From positions 107,570,001-107,634,000 of the forward strand of contig OX597822.1 in assembly GCA_951406725.2 (NCBI GenBank): DNA of 64,000 nucleotides, written 5' to 3'. This document shows positions 1 through 12,893 of the stretch, piece by piece. Numbering within the stretch: the stretch's first letter is position 1; each line of letters starts with the position of its first letter. This DNA comes from Octopus vulgaris (Eukaryota). The notes beneath the pieces are model-generated. The model saw only the letters and a program-made list of their open reading frames with translations, did no database searches and was not told the DNA's origin. The position numbers were made by a program, and so were the translations under genes.

Positions 1-270
1 ACCACAGAAGTGGTGTACTTCAAAAATTAGGAAAATGCTATGAAACACTTCCTTCAACCGCTAAAAACAAATGAAGTTATTTTATTACCAACTTATATAG
101 GTAGGAGAACATTCAAAATAGTTATTGAGGAAATCCCTCCAGAAACAAATGTCATCTGGATTATCTCAATCCTTCTAATGGGGCTTGAAGAGAAAATCAA
201 GATGATTGAAGCTTCCAGAATACAACAACAGAACTTAGTGGGCCAAGGGCTAGATATCATAACGCAAGCA
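1..270 (+). pseudogene. Possible decayed LINE ORF1-like fragment
   Basis: Non-repetitive reading frame (..LLPTYIGRRTFKIVIEEIPPE..) with a stop just upstream. It is reminiscent of L1/Tx1 ORF1 remnants from memory only; no diagnostic motif. Confidence 0.25.
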
Positions 271-420
271 GTGTGGCCTTCCTCTCAGTCCCATCTTCTC
301 ACCCCATTGTGCTGGTGCTGTCCTAAAATCCGAAAAAAATGCTACATTTCCTGTATTCCTCTGTGTAAGAGTGTTCGACCACGGTGCTGTCATCGTGGTG
401 GTTTTTGTTGTCATTACCAT

Positions 421-592
421 TCAGAGCAAACCCAACGCCAAATTCTCTACGTTGACCCTTAGGTAAGTCTCCCCCAAAGTTAGTATATCCATAAGTAGGT
501 TCCTAGCTTTATTTATATGACCTTCATCAGAGAGACGAGCTTCAGAGAGCGCAACTATATCAAGGGAATATTTCTCATATTTCTCATAATAC
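421..592 (-). mobile_element. RTE-clade LINE APE endonuclease fragment (frameshifted)
   Basis: KYSLDIVALSEARLSDEG, then after a frameshift GYTNFGGDLPKGQRREFGVGFAL. Matches the RTE endonuclease pattern DIAALSETR..GYTFFWSG..GVGFAI. Confidence 0.8.
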
Positions 593-657
593 ATAAATAT
601 TTTTGAATTAATTTTTACAATCCAGCCGTCCTTGCACACAATATTTCGTCTTTTTCT

Positions 658-748
658 AAACCTGAAGTGACTTTATATATAAGAGAACTGCGATTATGTA
701 TATCAGAAAATATACATATATATAGAAGTCGAAACAATTTGTTGGCTT
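658..748 (+). ncRNA. Decayed hammerhead-ribozyme-like motif
   Basis: CTGAAGt + stem II GACTT(669-673)...AAGTC(726-730) + GAAA-C-AATTT-GTT. Core A is mutated and stem I is weak. Confidence 0.35.
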
Positions 749-882
749 TTTATGGTTTTTAATAATTATTTATGTTATATAATATTATGTTACGTTATAT
801 TATATTCATAGTATTTAACGTAATATTGTAATATAAATAAATTAATGGACTGTCAAGAGTATATAATTTATCTTTATATGTG

Positions 883-1209
883 TCGTATTTGATTGCGTAT
901 AAGAAGCACCTTTTCTTTACCCCAAAATTGTTTTAAAAATCCTCGTGCGTTCGATGCACTCAGTGTAGTCTCAAACTCGCGACTAATGGTGAACTATCAC
1001 CTCCGGTATGCTTCTATCGAATGTATTGGTGAATGATCGCCTACGGTATGCTTATATCGAATGTGGATGCAATAAATTGCTTATAATTACCGGTAATAAC
1101 ATAAAGTTATACAGGTAAGTGGAGGAATTGAAACATTTTTGTGGTAATATATTCTACTGAAGTATAACTTACGCTTATGCACTCGTGCGTCTTATAGGCC
1201 ACAAATCCG

Positions 1210-1211
<2 letters not shown>
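883..1211. mobile_element. pogo/Tc2-type MITE remnant
   Basis: Degenerate TIRs (cgtatttgattgcgtataagaagcac / gtgcgtcttataggccacaaatccgg) resembling CCGTATTT..TATAAGACGCAC ends. Internal ~40-bp tandem duplication at ~988-1065. Confidence 0.55.
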
Positions 1212-1270
<59 letters not shown>

Positions 1271-1462
1271 AAATTAGAGAATGGAGAAACATACTTAAAT
1301 CAGTAAAACATCAACTATCTGATGGTACTCAATCCATACTTTAATACACCATTACATATGAGTAAAGGCAATATATAAAATGAAATGAGATATACAGTAA
1401 TAGTAAAAAGATAAAGAGATATAAGTAAAAAATTTCAAATATAATATGCAAATAAATCAAAA

Positions 1463-1570
1463 CTGACAGCTGTTTCGGCAGTGAGGGCAGTCATACCTCA
1501 TTTAACCTATAAGCCATAAAGGCAGGTATAAATGAGGCATTAACAAGGATGCCCCACGGCCTCTTCAGAG
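1463..1570 (-). ncRNA. Type I hammerhead ribozyme with long stem II
   Basis: Minus strand: CT-CTGAAGA-[GGCCGTGGGGCA..ATGCCTCATTTA..TAAATGAGGTAT..TGCCCTCACTGCC]-GAAA-CAGCT-GTC-AG. Intact core, palindromic stem III ACAGCTGT, only a 2-bp stem I. Confidence 0.75.
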
Positions 1571-1932
1571 AATTAAATTAAATTTGTTATAATAGTGAAA
1601 AATATTATATAATCATATACATATAAATATAAAAATATAAAAATGTAAAATATAAAAACTTATACATCATAATGCTACACTTATATAATATAATACACAT
1701 TTGTACAAAAAAGGAAGGTAAACAGAACAAAATAAAACAAAATATATAACAGTGTATATATTAATATTAATAAGTACCGATATTATGCATATTTGGCTAA
1801 TAGTTTTTTTTATAAAAAAAAAAAAAAAAAAAAAAAAAACTAACACATATGGAGATGAAAAATAATAATTAAAACCATGGTACAGTTCATAAAATTCTAA
1901 AGCTATAAAAGTTAATAAAAATTACTATTAAT

Positions 1933-1934
<2 letters not shown>

Positions 1935-1997
<63 letters not shown>
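1935..1997. repeat. (AAT)n microsatellite
   Basis: Direct reading. Confidence 0.95.
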
Positions 1998-2001
<4 letters not shown>

Positions 2002-2056
2002 TAATAAAAATAGATACAGTTAAGTTAGCACCAAGTCCATCCTTTCAAGATCGAAA

Positions 2057-2129
<73 letters not shown>

Positions 2130-2270
2130 GTGTATATATACAGGCTTATACGCACATTCATACACAAACACTCACGCGCACATATTATACAGACAAGAAG
2201 GTGATATTTCTAACTCATTATAACTATGAAAAGAGCAGAAATGTTGAGTATTATCACTGTTACGAGACGG

Positions 2271-2360
2271 AAAAAATGTTGTCACCAAGCGATCACAGGA
2301 CTCGAAACCGCACCTCTCGGATACTGGCTGAGTTTATTTTCCATGAAGCTAAACTGGCTA
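2271..2360 (-). mobile_element. tRNA-like (SINE head) remnant
   Basis: Minus strand A-box-like TAGCTTCATGG, B-box GTTTCGAGTCC and a downstream T run. Confidence 0.45.
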
Positions 2361-2574
2361 GTGTCAGTGGTTGCGTATCCCGTGGCTGACTGTTGACAAC
2401 ACTAGCCTGTCTTATACCCACTCATTATGCTGTTTCCAGGGCTATAATGCGTCACGAATATTCAATTCTTGACTGTAATACGATAAATTTGATGCTTCAA
2501 GAAACAAAATAAAATTTTACAAACAGACAGACATACAAACAGACAACCTCCATATATATATGTATGTATATATG

Positions 2575-2631
<57 letters not shown>

Positions 2632-2650
2632 CTCGCTAAGAAGGTTTAGA

Positions 2651-2702
2651 AACCACCTGAAGAATGTCTAACATCTGCTGACACGAAACGATCGTAGTGG
2701 TT
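2651..2702 (+). ncRNA. Minimal type I hammerhead ribozyme
   Basis: AACCAC-CTGAAGA-aTGTC(11 nt)GACAc-GAAA-CGATC-GTA-GTGGTT. Perfect 6-bp stem I, palindromic stem III ACGATCGT, GUA triplet. Lies in a ~180-bp cassette between (TA)n tracts. Confidence 0.85.
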
Positions 2703-2806
2703 ATTCATTTGTTAAATTTTAATTTATATAAATTAGTTTATATTTTATGTATTGGCTTAATTCTTTCTTTGTTTAATTTGCATAATAGTGGTTTCGTCTC
2801 TAATTT

Positions 2807-2845
<39 letters not shown>

Positions 2846-3729
2846 GTGTGTGTGCGTGTGTGTGTATATATGTTTAGTTATGTTATTCTATCTTTGTCTG
2901 ATACTGTCTTTGTGATTTATTATCATTTCCATAAAAGTCGTAAAACCGGTGTTTATACTTGGAAACCTCGGGTGCCTTTAGGTCTAATTATGTACGCATG
3001 TCAATAACTTAATTCATAATGGTGTAGATCTAATTCATCTCTTAACAAATTTTCCGGAATATTAGCTTAAACATACAAAGCAATCATGCTAAAATGTATT
3101 TGGTATTCCAAACTCAAGAGAGAAGTATATTCGTGAAATACATTATTGTATAGAGCTAATTAATTCTTAAGTGTGTTAGGTAGCAATTCCTTCACTAATT
3201 ACATCTACAATATTAGGAGATTAAACATTTAATTAACAAACGTACACTACGAGAAGATTAAAGATTTAATTTCCGTAGCTATTACAAGAAGATATTGACT
3301 CATTTCTAAAATGTTTGGCAGCAAGTCAGCACCGAATTCTAATCGAATCGAATCTCATGAGACCATTTTAAACGAAAATGCTGATATTTCACTTGTTAGG
3401 CCTAGATGCTCTCTCTAGAGAGCTACAATACCGAAAATGTTTCAGATTAAGACTAGAATTAATTATTGTCAGCACCAAGATAATCCGCACACCTAAATGT
3501 ACGGGGACACAGGAGTGCACATAGTTACACGTGTCCGTGTGACGTCGGCATCGTATTCTTTGGGAATGATGGCTCACCTAATTACAACGGTCATACAATA
3601 TTCAATCATTTACCTTATGTTGTAAAACTACGGCTTTCGACCACGAATTATTTCAACGTTTATTATTTCGTCTGTAGTTGATTATTATATACCAGATAGA
3701 AATTGCGAAATTTTATGTATATATATATA

Positions 3730-4144
3730 TTCTTTTATTCTTTTACTTGTTTCAGTCATTTGACTACGGCCATGGTGGAGCACCACTTTTTAGTCAAAGA
3801 AATCGATCCCAGGATTATCCTTTATAAGCCTGGTACTTATTCTATTGGCCTCTTTGCCGAACGGCTCAGCTACATGTACGTAAACCCACCACCATCGGTT
3901 TTCAAACAATGGTGGGTGAGGTACAATCACATACGCAAAGACACAACACACACACACACACAAACATACATACACACATACGACGGGGTTCTTTGAGGTT
4001 CCATCAGATAAATTCATTCACAAAACTTTGGTAGACGCGAGTCAATAATAGAAGGCACGTAACTAAGGTGCCAGGCAGTGGGACTGGACCCGGATCTATT
4101 TGGTTGTGAAACAAGCTTCTTACCACACAGTCACGCCTGCGCCT
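3730..4144 (-). mobile_element. tRNA-derived SINE, family B (internal microsatellite)
   Basis: Reverse-complement match to the copy at 11227; tail TGACTGAAACAAGTAAAAGA. Confidence 0.85.
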
Positions 4145-4374
4145 AGCTATATATGTGTATGTATGTTTGTATGTTACGTCTTAACACAATTAGGAATTAA
4201 TTAGCTCCAAGAATGTATTTCTATATAATATTTCTCTACCAATGTAATTAATGAGTGGTTACACAGTATAACACGATTTTTGTCCTTGCGTAGCAGATGT
4301 TATTTCATATTTGCTTACCGTAGAGAGTATGAAAAATGCTTAAAATTACCTTCAAACTTTGCTTTTGTTATATT

Positions 4375-4535
4375 TATTCAAATCCCAAAGAATCCCTCTC
4401 TAAATATGGTTATAATGCTCCCCCTCTACTCCTCATCGTCAGAGTAGCGCATATTTTCAGTCACCAAGGGTCATGCTCAAGGGGTTAAGGTTAAGTAACT
4501 GACAAGCAAACGTGATACTGAGCAGAATATTAGTT
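4375..4535. mobile_element. Fragment of the ~560-bp repeat at 53680-54236
   Basis: Shares tattcaaa(t)cccaaagaatc...ggttaaggttaa..aactgacaagcaaa..tgagcagaatatt in the same orientation. Confidence 0.7.
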
Positions 4536-5237
4536 ATAATGATATTTCTGCTTCAGCAATTCAGCGCTGAATCTGTCTGAAAGGTAATGGAAAATATGTC
4601 AGTTTCACACAACGATGCCCAGATCACAAAAGCAGAGTTTGACGGAAATAGCATCCATTTTCTTTGATTCCTACAAAGAAACAAATAGGAAATAACACAT
4701 TCTGCCCAAAGACAAGAGATGAAATTTAAATCTTGTTCCACCGTGTTATCAATCCCAGTAAAATATTTTATGAACTCTCGGTTAGTACACCAGGCTTACA
4801 ATATTGTTTAGATTCGTAAAGAGCTCCGCGTATTCTCGTGTCAGGGACCGGGTTTATAGTCCATCGCCATTGAATAGTGTAAATTCTTGATTATGCTCCA
4901 GTTATATTGGTTTTTACCGAGAGTGATATACAAAACAAGGCATAAATAATGGTCATTATATATTTTCCTTTATCGCTGTGAATTTCCCTTACATTTGTTT
5001 CCAGTAGTCATTATAGGTCCGTTAGTGATAAGTTTATTAAACTGTCCCATTGATCGATTGAGATAAATTTAACGACCTAAAAATGTATCTACTCTTATTT
5101 TATGCCTCTACTTATTTATAAACAATCATCATGATATTGTTTTCGTACTTGAGTAACAGTTATTGGTTACTATCATATGCTGCAGATGTTATTCCAGTGT
5201 CACGCTACGAGTTTCACATGGCATCAATGCAAATTTA

Positions 5238-6508
5238 TTGAGTTGAGGAATAATGCATCAGCATTTGTTCTAGTTTAAAAATGTACGCATAATTAAAACA
5301 CATTGCCAAAATGTTTTGTGCTGTTTCAAAAACAATTGTTTGTTCTACAGGATATAGAGTGTTTTGATTTTTTAACTTTATTGACTTTTGGGTATTTTCA
5401 GGTCATTAAGATGGTATGTCAAGGGGACAAAACAGCATTTTCCACGCCATTTGCTTTTTGCAGTTAATCGAGGTGTTAAATCCAACGAAATAGCTCGTTA
5501 GATTTGTACCGTGTATAGAGAAGGAGCAATGCATCACAGGACCGCCCACCGTTGGTTTTCGCTCTTCAAAAATTGCAATTTTTACCTCCAGGACGGATCA
5601 TACACTGGAAGACCAATTGAGATCAATGAAGAGTGATTGAGTCAGCTTCTTCACGAAAATCCACGTCTGACGACCTGGTGATTAGTAGATGGATTGTGAT
5701 TAAAAGAAGCTGTAGCGAACCACCTTCACTCTATGGGTAAGATTCAGAAACTCGGCGTTTGGGTGCCACACACTCTGAGCGAAAATAACAAAGATCAAAG
5801 CTCCACAATCGCCGCCAATTTACATGCTCGACATCGCTCAACACATGGTCTCAAACAGCGCTTTCTTTACCGCATTGCCATTGGTGATGAAAAATGGTGC
5901 CTTTACGTCAATATGAGGTAGTGAAAAGAATGGCTCAGCCCCAACAAACAAGCGACTCTGCGAGCAAATCAAGACTTTCAGCATCGGAAGACCACGTTCT
6001 TTGTATTGGAAGACAATTCCTTTTGAATTGCTTGAGCTCATTCAAACACTCAATGCGGAGCTCTACGTTCAACAACTGCACCGACTCAACGAAACACTTC
6101 GGAAAAAAGATCGAATAGGCGAAGCAGCATTCTTCTGCATCACGACAAAGTCCGTCCTCACATCGACAAGATGATCAAAGCCGCAATTCAAGAACTCGAA
6201 TGGGAAGTGTTGCCTCATCCTCCATATTTTCCAGACTTAGTACCATCAGATTTTCCTTTCTTTCGACCACTTTCGAATGCTTTGAGCAGGGTATCGTTCA
6301 ATAGTGATGTGGGATTCAGGGCTTGGTTTGACGAATTCTTTGAATCAAACCAGGAGATTTCTATGGCCGAGGCATCGAAAAACTAATTGAGTGATAAGAG
6401 AAAGTCGTAAACAACAACGGAGAGTATTGTATTGATTAATTTGTAGTTTGTTTTTGTTTTTGTTTAAAATATATTTGTATAACGCTAGTGAATTATTCCT
6501 CAATTCAA
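5238..6508 (+). mobile_element. Full-length decayed mariner (DD34D) transposon; transposase pseudogene ~5410-6438
   Basis: TIRs TTGAGTTGAGGAATAAT / ATTATTCCTCAATTCAA flanked by TA. Motifs WVPH, GDEKW, HDKVRPH and PHPPYFPDLVPSDF, with stops and frameshifts. Confidence 0.93.
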
Positions 6509-7005
6509 TAAGATACGGTTTATATAATTGCGTGGGAAGTATAGCCTGTCTACATCTCCAGCGATGTTGAATTTACAAGTAACACGGAGCAGCTTGTGAG
6601 TTCTTATATCTACCACTTTGAGCTCTTGTAGTGACTAGTTCACAAGGCGTAATGTGGGCTAGATGATAGGTACTGGAAAGATATCGTGGAAAATATATTT
6701 GTTGTAAGTTGAACATTTTAACAACTATAACTTTCAAAAATCTCTTGAGAAGTGATCTGATTTTTATGTATGTAGGCAAGTATATTTTTTGCTTAGAAGT
6801 GCATCACATAGCTTTACTAATGTGTTAATGAAGTTATTATTATACATGTCTGTCGATATCTCATCCATCGCTCCATTATGTGTTCAATTTCCACCGTGGT
6901 CATGATTACCAGTTCAACACTGGGGTCGATTTAATCGACTCATCCCCTTCCTCCAATTTGCCGCCCTTGTGGCAAAATTTGAAACCATTATATACATGCC
7001 TGGTG

Positions 7006-7389
7006 GAAGCACTCCGTCGGTTACGACGATGAGGGTTCCGGTTGATCAGAATCAACGGAACAGCCTGCTCGTGAAATTAACGTGTAAGTGGCTGAGAACT
7101 CCACAGACACGTGCACCCTTAACGTAGTTCTCGGGGATATTCAGCATGACACAGAGAGTGACAATGCCGGCCCGTTGAAATACAGGTACAACAGAAACAG
7201 GAAGTAAGAGTGAGAGAAAGTTGTGGTGAAAGAGTACAGCAGGGATCACCACCATCCCCTGCCGGAGCCTCGTGGAGCTTTTAGGTGTTTTCGCTCAATA
7301 AACACTCACAACGCCCGGTCTGGGAATCGAAACCGCGATCCTATGACCGCGAGTCCGGTGCCCTAACCACTGGGCCATTGCGCCTCCAC
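7006..7389 (-). mobile_element. tRNA-derived SINE, family C, tail type 1
   Basis: Head GTGGAGGCGCAATGGCCCAGTGGTTAGG with B-box GTTTCGATTCC. TSD tatacatgcctg at 6991 and 7390. Confidence 0.92.
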
Positions 7390-7465
7390 TATACATGCCT
7401 GCTGCCCCGTTAAAAACAAAATGAAAGTCCAAATTTCCTGCTATTTTGATTCAATATTCCCCCGA

Positions 7466-7798
7466 GCGTGAAGATGCGTGGCTCATTGTTTTGGGTAATT
7501 GGCTCACGATAGTATGACCGTCAGTTGATTCCCGGCGGTGCGTGGCGTCTTTGAGTAAGAAACTACATTTCACATTGCTCCAGTTCACTCGGGTGGCAAA
7601 AATGAGTCGGAACCGGTATTTCAAAGAGCCGGCCGTGTCCTATTCTGTGTCACGCGGAATCTCGCTTAAACAAACATGTGCACTCTTAAGACGTGCACGT
7701 GTCTGTGGAGTGCTCGCCACTTGCAAGTTGATTTCACGAGCAGAATGCTCAGTATATCGGGTCAACTGTAACCTCGACGACGTCACCGACGGATCGCT
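7466..7798 (+). mobile_element. Older SINE, family E (CORE-like body) with tail type 1
   Basis: Decayed tRNA head, body tctttgagtaagaaactacatttcacattgctccagttcactc, and a tail homologous to family C tail 1. Confidence 0.7.
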
Positions 7799-8714
7799 GG
7801 TTATCTTCTTGGGCAAACTAATGATCTGGAAGAAAGAACGCCCACAGCGTGTTTGAAAATTTAGACACTACATAACGAAATGTAATTTTCACATGAATTA
7901 ATATACTTTAAGGCAATTTATGTCCTTATGCCATTGGGATACATGAAAGCCATAAACGTACCATTTAAGGATATGTAACGGCTGCGCTAACTCCGTCAAT
8001 CCAGAAAGAGATGTCGAATTATAAACTGATGTGAACATTCTTTTGAGGCTATGTCTCAGAAATTAATTGTTTATTTATTTCAAGAGATTCATGTAGGAGA
8101 ATGACCCTTACATTTGTTTCACCATAACATTTCCCAATCCTTCATCTCACACCTTTCCTTGAAATTTCCTTACACCTATTTCTTCTGGATGCCTTACTAA
8201 CCTCGCATTTTAATCTATTTTCCTTCGTCTGTCTCTTTCTACATGTCTGTCTCCATCTCTGTCATTCTATCTCTGACTCTCTCTGTCTCTCTTTATCTCT
8301 CTGTATCTCTTTATGTCTCTGTCAATCTTTATCTCTCTGTCTCTCTCAGCCTGTCTCACCCTCTCTTTACAAAGAATTCTATCCGACAACCATGTTTCTC
8401 ATTCTCACTTATCTTAATACAGTTTGATGGCTCATTGAGAGACGCGAGCTTTGTTATCTGTTCTGTGAATATATTCCACGTCAAATATCTCATGCATGAG
8501 GATAAGATAAGCAAAAGTCATTAACAACAGACGAATACTTAACACCTCGCGGTCATTTATTTATCTAATATGGTTGTCGCATTGTTTGTAAATGGAAGCT
8601 AAGTAATGAGTAAAATCTTTAAAGTTTGTCAGCGATTAGCTTAATGGGATTCGATGTCCAGCCAAACGAAAAAGATAATCACGCCGTGTGCATATGCAAC
8701 AATGCTTACATTGC

Positions 8715-8868
8715 ATACATACGTACATACATGCAAACACACACGCACACACACACAAAACACTCACACATAAACACCCACAAACACACACATATAAATG
8801 TGTAATATATATATATACATGTGTATATGAATATGGATATAGATATGATATATATATATATATTATAT

Positions 8869-8926
<58 letters not shown>

Positions 8927-8981
8927 TATATATATATATATATGTATATATGCATGGATCCAGTGCAAGTGCCGGTATATA

Positions 8982-9014
<33 letters not shown>

Positions 9015-9115
9015 GCACACGCGTGCACACATACAAACAAACAATCACATGCAAACACACACAGGCACACACATATATATGTATGCATACAAGAACACAA
9101 GAACACACACATAGC
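8715..9115. repeat. Mixed (CA)n/(TA)n low-complexity tract
   Basis: Direct reading. Confidence 0.9.
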
Positions 9116-9387
9116 TCACATACAAGTCTGTGCTGTAGTGTCTTGATTAACCGTTAATTATGTGACTTCGCAGACGCAGCTGCTCACGTACCAGTGAGTA
9201 ATGTGAGCATTGCGACAAATAACCATGTTTTACTTCCGTAGAGATCGCAGACTTCACTCGCTTTTAAATAGAAGTGTCCGTACACACACCACACATGCTT
9301 TCACGCACGCAAACACACAATCACACAGAAACACATGCATATATGTAGGCAATAGTGTGTGTGTGCGTGTATGTGTGTATACACATA

Positions 9388-9425
<38 letters not shown>

Positions 9426-9528
9426 TATATATATATAACACTTATATCAGTATGTATATACTAGTCAATAACTTTTTGTACAGGTATAACTATGATATAT
9501 GCGCACAACTATCAATCTGTCCGGCTCT

Positions 9529-9637
<109 letters not shown>

Positions 9638-9752
9638 TTTTTTTTGTATACGGATAAGCAAAAAGAAAAGCATACGTGAACGCAAGAAATATTTTATTGA
9701 CCCGTATTGGCTACAACTATTTCAAAATTTACTCTGGATTACATTAACTGTG

Positions 9753-10350
<598 letters not shown>

Positions 10351-10440
10351 CAAACCCGAAAAGAACAAGCAAAAAAACAACAACGCGAGAACGTGGCACA
10401 TGTAATGTATTAGAAGACGCCCAGGAAGAGAAAGACAGAT

Positions 10441-10478
10441 GGTTTAAATTTTTCGAGCAGACGCTCTTCTTCGGAAAC
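10441..10478 (-). ncRNA. Decayed hammerhead-like motif in a ~185-bp cassette between (TA)n tracts
   Basis: Minus strand GTTT-CcGAAGA-A-GAGC(GTCT)GCTC-GAAA-AATTTAAAC. Stem II is perfect; core U is changed to C. Confidence 0.5.
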
Positions 10479-10784
10479 AGAATCCAATAGAAGGGAAGAC
10501 GGAGGAAGGAAATCGCCAACGATTCACACGTGTTTATATATATATATATATATATATATGTGTTAAAGTTTGTTGATTGTTAGGCAGTAGTCTGCAGTGC
10601 TCAAGAAAAAAAAAGACCCGAGACCCGAGACGCATAAGTATTTTTAAAAAATGTAAAGGAGAACTTCTGGTAGGTTCAGCAAATTAAATAAGCATATATT
10701 TCTGTTATGGACCGATGTATAACCGTTTTCAAATATACCGATATATCAGTCATTAAAATATGAAAACATAATATAAATCTATGA

Positions 10785-10844
<60 letters not shown>

Positions 10845-11226
10845 CAATTTATATATAAACGTGTGTGTTGGTGTTTGTTTTGTGTTTAGTGAATAATAAA
10901 TATTAATTTATATTTATCTGCAGGGTTGCGCTATACACTTGTAGTGTACAATTTTTATATTTTTAAACAAATATATTTTTGACAGTGACTATATGTGTGT
11001 ATAAAATTAATACAAACAGCAGGTTGCAATATTTTACCAAACAAGAGGAAATATAATTGTCATGAAATGTGACTTGGGTGTTAAGAATCACCTACATTGC
11101 TAGAAAGAAGAGCTAAAGTGCTCTAATTCTGTGGTTAACGCACTCGAATGAAAACAAAATACACTAACAATGACGGTAATTGCCCGAAAATTAATACTGA
11201 TGCTCTTTGGGTTTTTTTCTATTTGA

Positions 11227-11626
11227 AGGAGTGGCTGTGTGGTAAGTAGCTTGCTAACCAACCACATGGTTCCGGGTTCAGTCCCACTGCGTGGCACCTT
11301 GGGCAAGTGTCTTCTACTATAGCCTCGGGCCGACCAAAGCCTTGTGAGTGGATTTGGTAGACGGAAACTGAAAGAAGCCCGTCGTATATATATGTATATA
11401 TATATATAAGTGTGTGTGTTTGTGTGTCTGTGTTTGTTCCCCTAGCATTGCTTGACAACCGATGCTGGTGTGTTTATGTCCCCGTTACTTAGCGGTTCGG
11501 AAATAGAGACCGATAAAATAAGTACTGGGCTTACTAAAGAATAAGTCTCGAGGTCGGGTTGGTCGATTAAAGGCGGTGCTCCAGCATGGCCGCAGTCAAA
11601 TGACTGAAACAAGTAAAAGAGTAAAA
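11227..11626 (+). mobile_element. tRNA-derived SINE, family B
   Basis: Head GGAGTGGCTGTGTGGTAAG..GGTTCAGTCCC, ACCTTGGGCAAGTGTC, internal (TA)(TG)n, tail AAACAAGTAAAAGAGTAAAAGAG. Confidence 0.92.
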
Positions 11627-11759
11627 GAGAGAGAGAGAGAATATATATTTCCGTCATCCAAATTAGTGAGGTGATTTAGCGGTTCGCTGATGTGTATACA
11701 ATGGATGGTATAGCGATTCGCTATGGATGTGTGTGTGTGTGCGTGTGTTTATGTATGTG

Positions 11760-11965
11760 TGTGGTTTGCATCTGTGTTTGTTCCTCAGAAGTTTTGAGAA
11801 CCGGTCTTTATTTGTTTACCTTCCCGTTGTTTTAGCAGTTTGGGGAAAAGAGACAGAGTGTAATATCAGACTTAAAACGAAGTACTGTAATGAATTTGTT
11901 CGATCAAATCCTTGAACAGGGAGTCCCAGTATGGCCGCAAAAAGCTGAAGCAAGTTAACCATAAA
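11760..11965 (+). mobile_element. Decayed 3' half of family B SINE
   Basis: Similarity to 11430-11620. Confidence 0.55.
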
Positions 11966-12447
11966 GGATAAACGGTTGACTAATTAGGTGTATATCTAAA
12001 ACTCAGAAGTAAATGCCTGGTGACGAAACCTATACCTATTGACCTACTAAAAAACGCGGCAACATAATTGAACACAGTTAATCCAGAAAGTTAAGAATAT
12101 ATCAAAATACTGGCTTTCCTAATATGCCACCATGTATGGATATAAAACCAAATCCTTAATTTTAAAACTTGATAAATATAGAACAGAATCATGTTTTGAA
12201 TAAAATATATCTACTTGAAGAGCATTTATACATATATTCGTGGACGTACACGCACGCGTGCCCACATGCGGACATATATATGCACAAACTTATTGATAGA
12301 CATTCTCACAAGCATATTGTCACACAAGGACATACACAGATATATCCACACATTCAGTCACATTGAAACTTTTTGTATTCTTGTATACATACGTACACCC
12401 ACACACACAGGTATATAAGTTGTATTCATATGTGTGTAAAATAGAAA

Positions 12448-12501
<54 letters not shown>

Positions 12502-12514
12502 ATACAATATATAC

Positions 12515-12645
12515 AGGAGTGGCTGTGTGGTAAATAGCTTGCTTACCAACCACATGGTTCCGGGTTCAGTCCCACTGCGTGGCACCTTGGGCAAGTGTCT
12601 TTCATTATAGCCGTGGATCGACCGAAACCTTGTGAGTGGAGCTGA

Positions 12646-12687
<42 letters not shown>

Positions 12688-12893
12688 CTGTGAGTGTGTG
12701 TGTTTCTGTGTCTGTGGTTTGCCCCACCATCACTTAGCAACTGATGGTTGTGCGTTTAGATTAGGCCAAAAAAGATCGATAAAATCAGTACTAGGCTTAC
12801 AAAAAATAGGTCCTGGGATCGATTTGTTCGACTAAAGGCGGTGCTCCACCATGGCCGTACTCAAATGACTGAAACAAATAAAAGAATAAAGAA
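12515..12893 (+). mobile_element. tRNA-derived SINE, family B (internal deletions)
   Basis: Head nearly identical to the 11227 copy; same tail. Confidence 0.9.
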
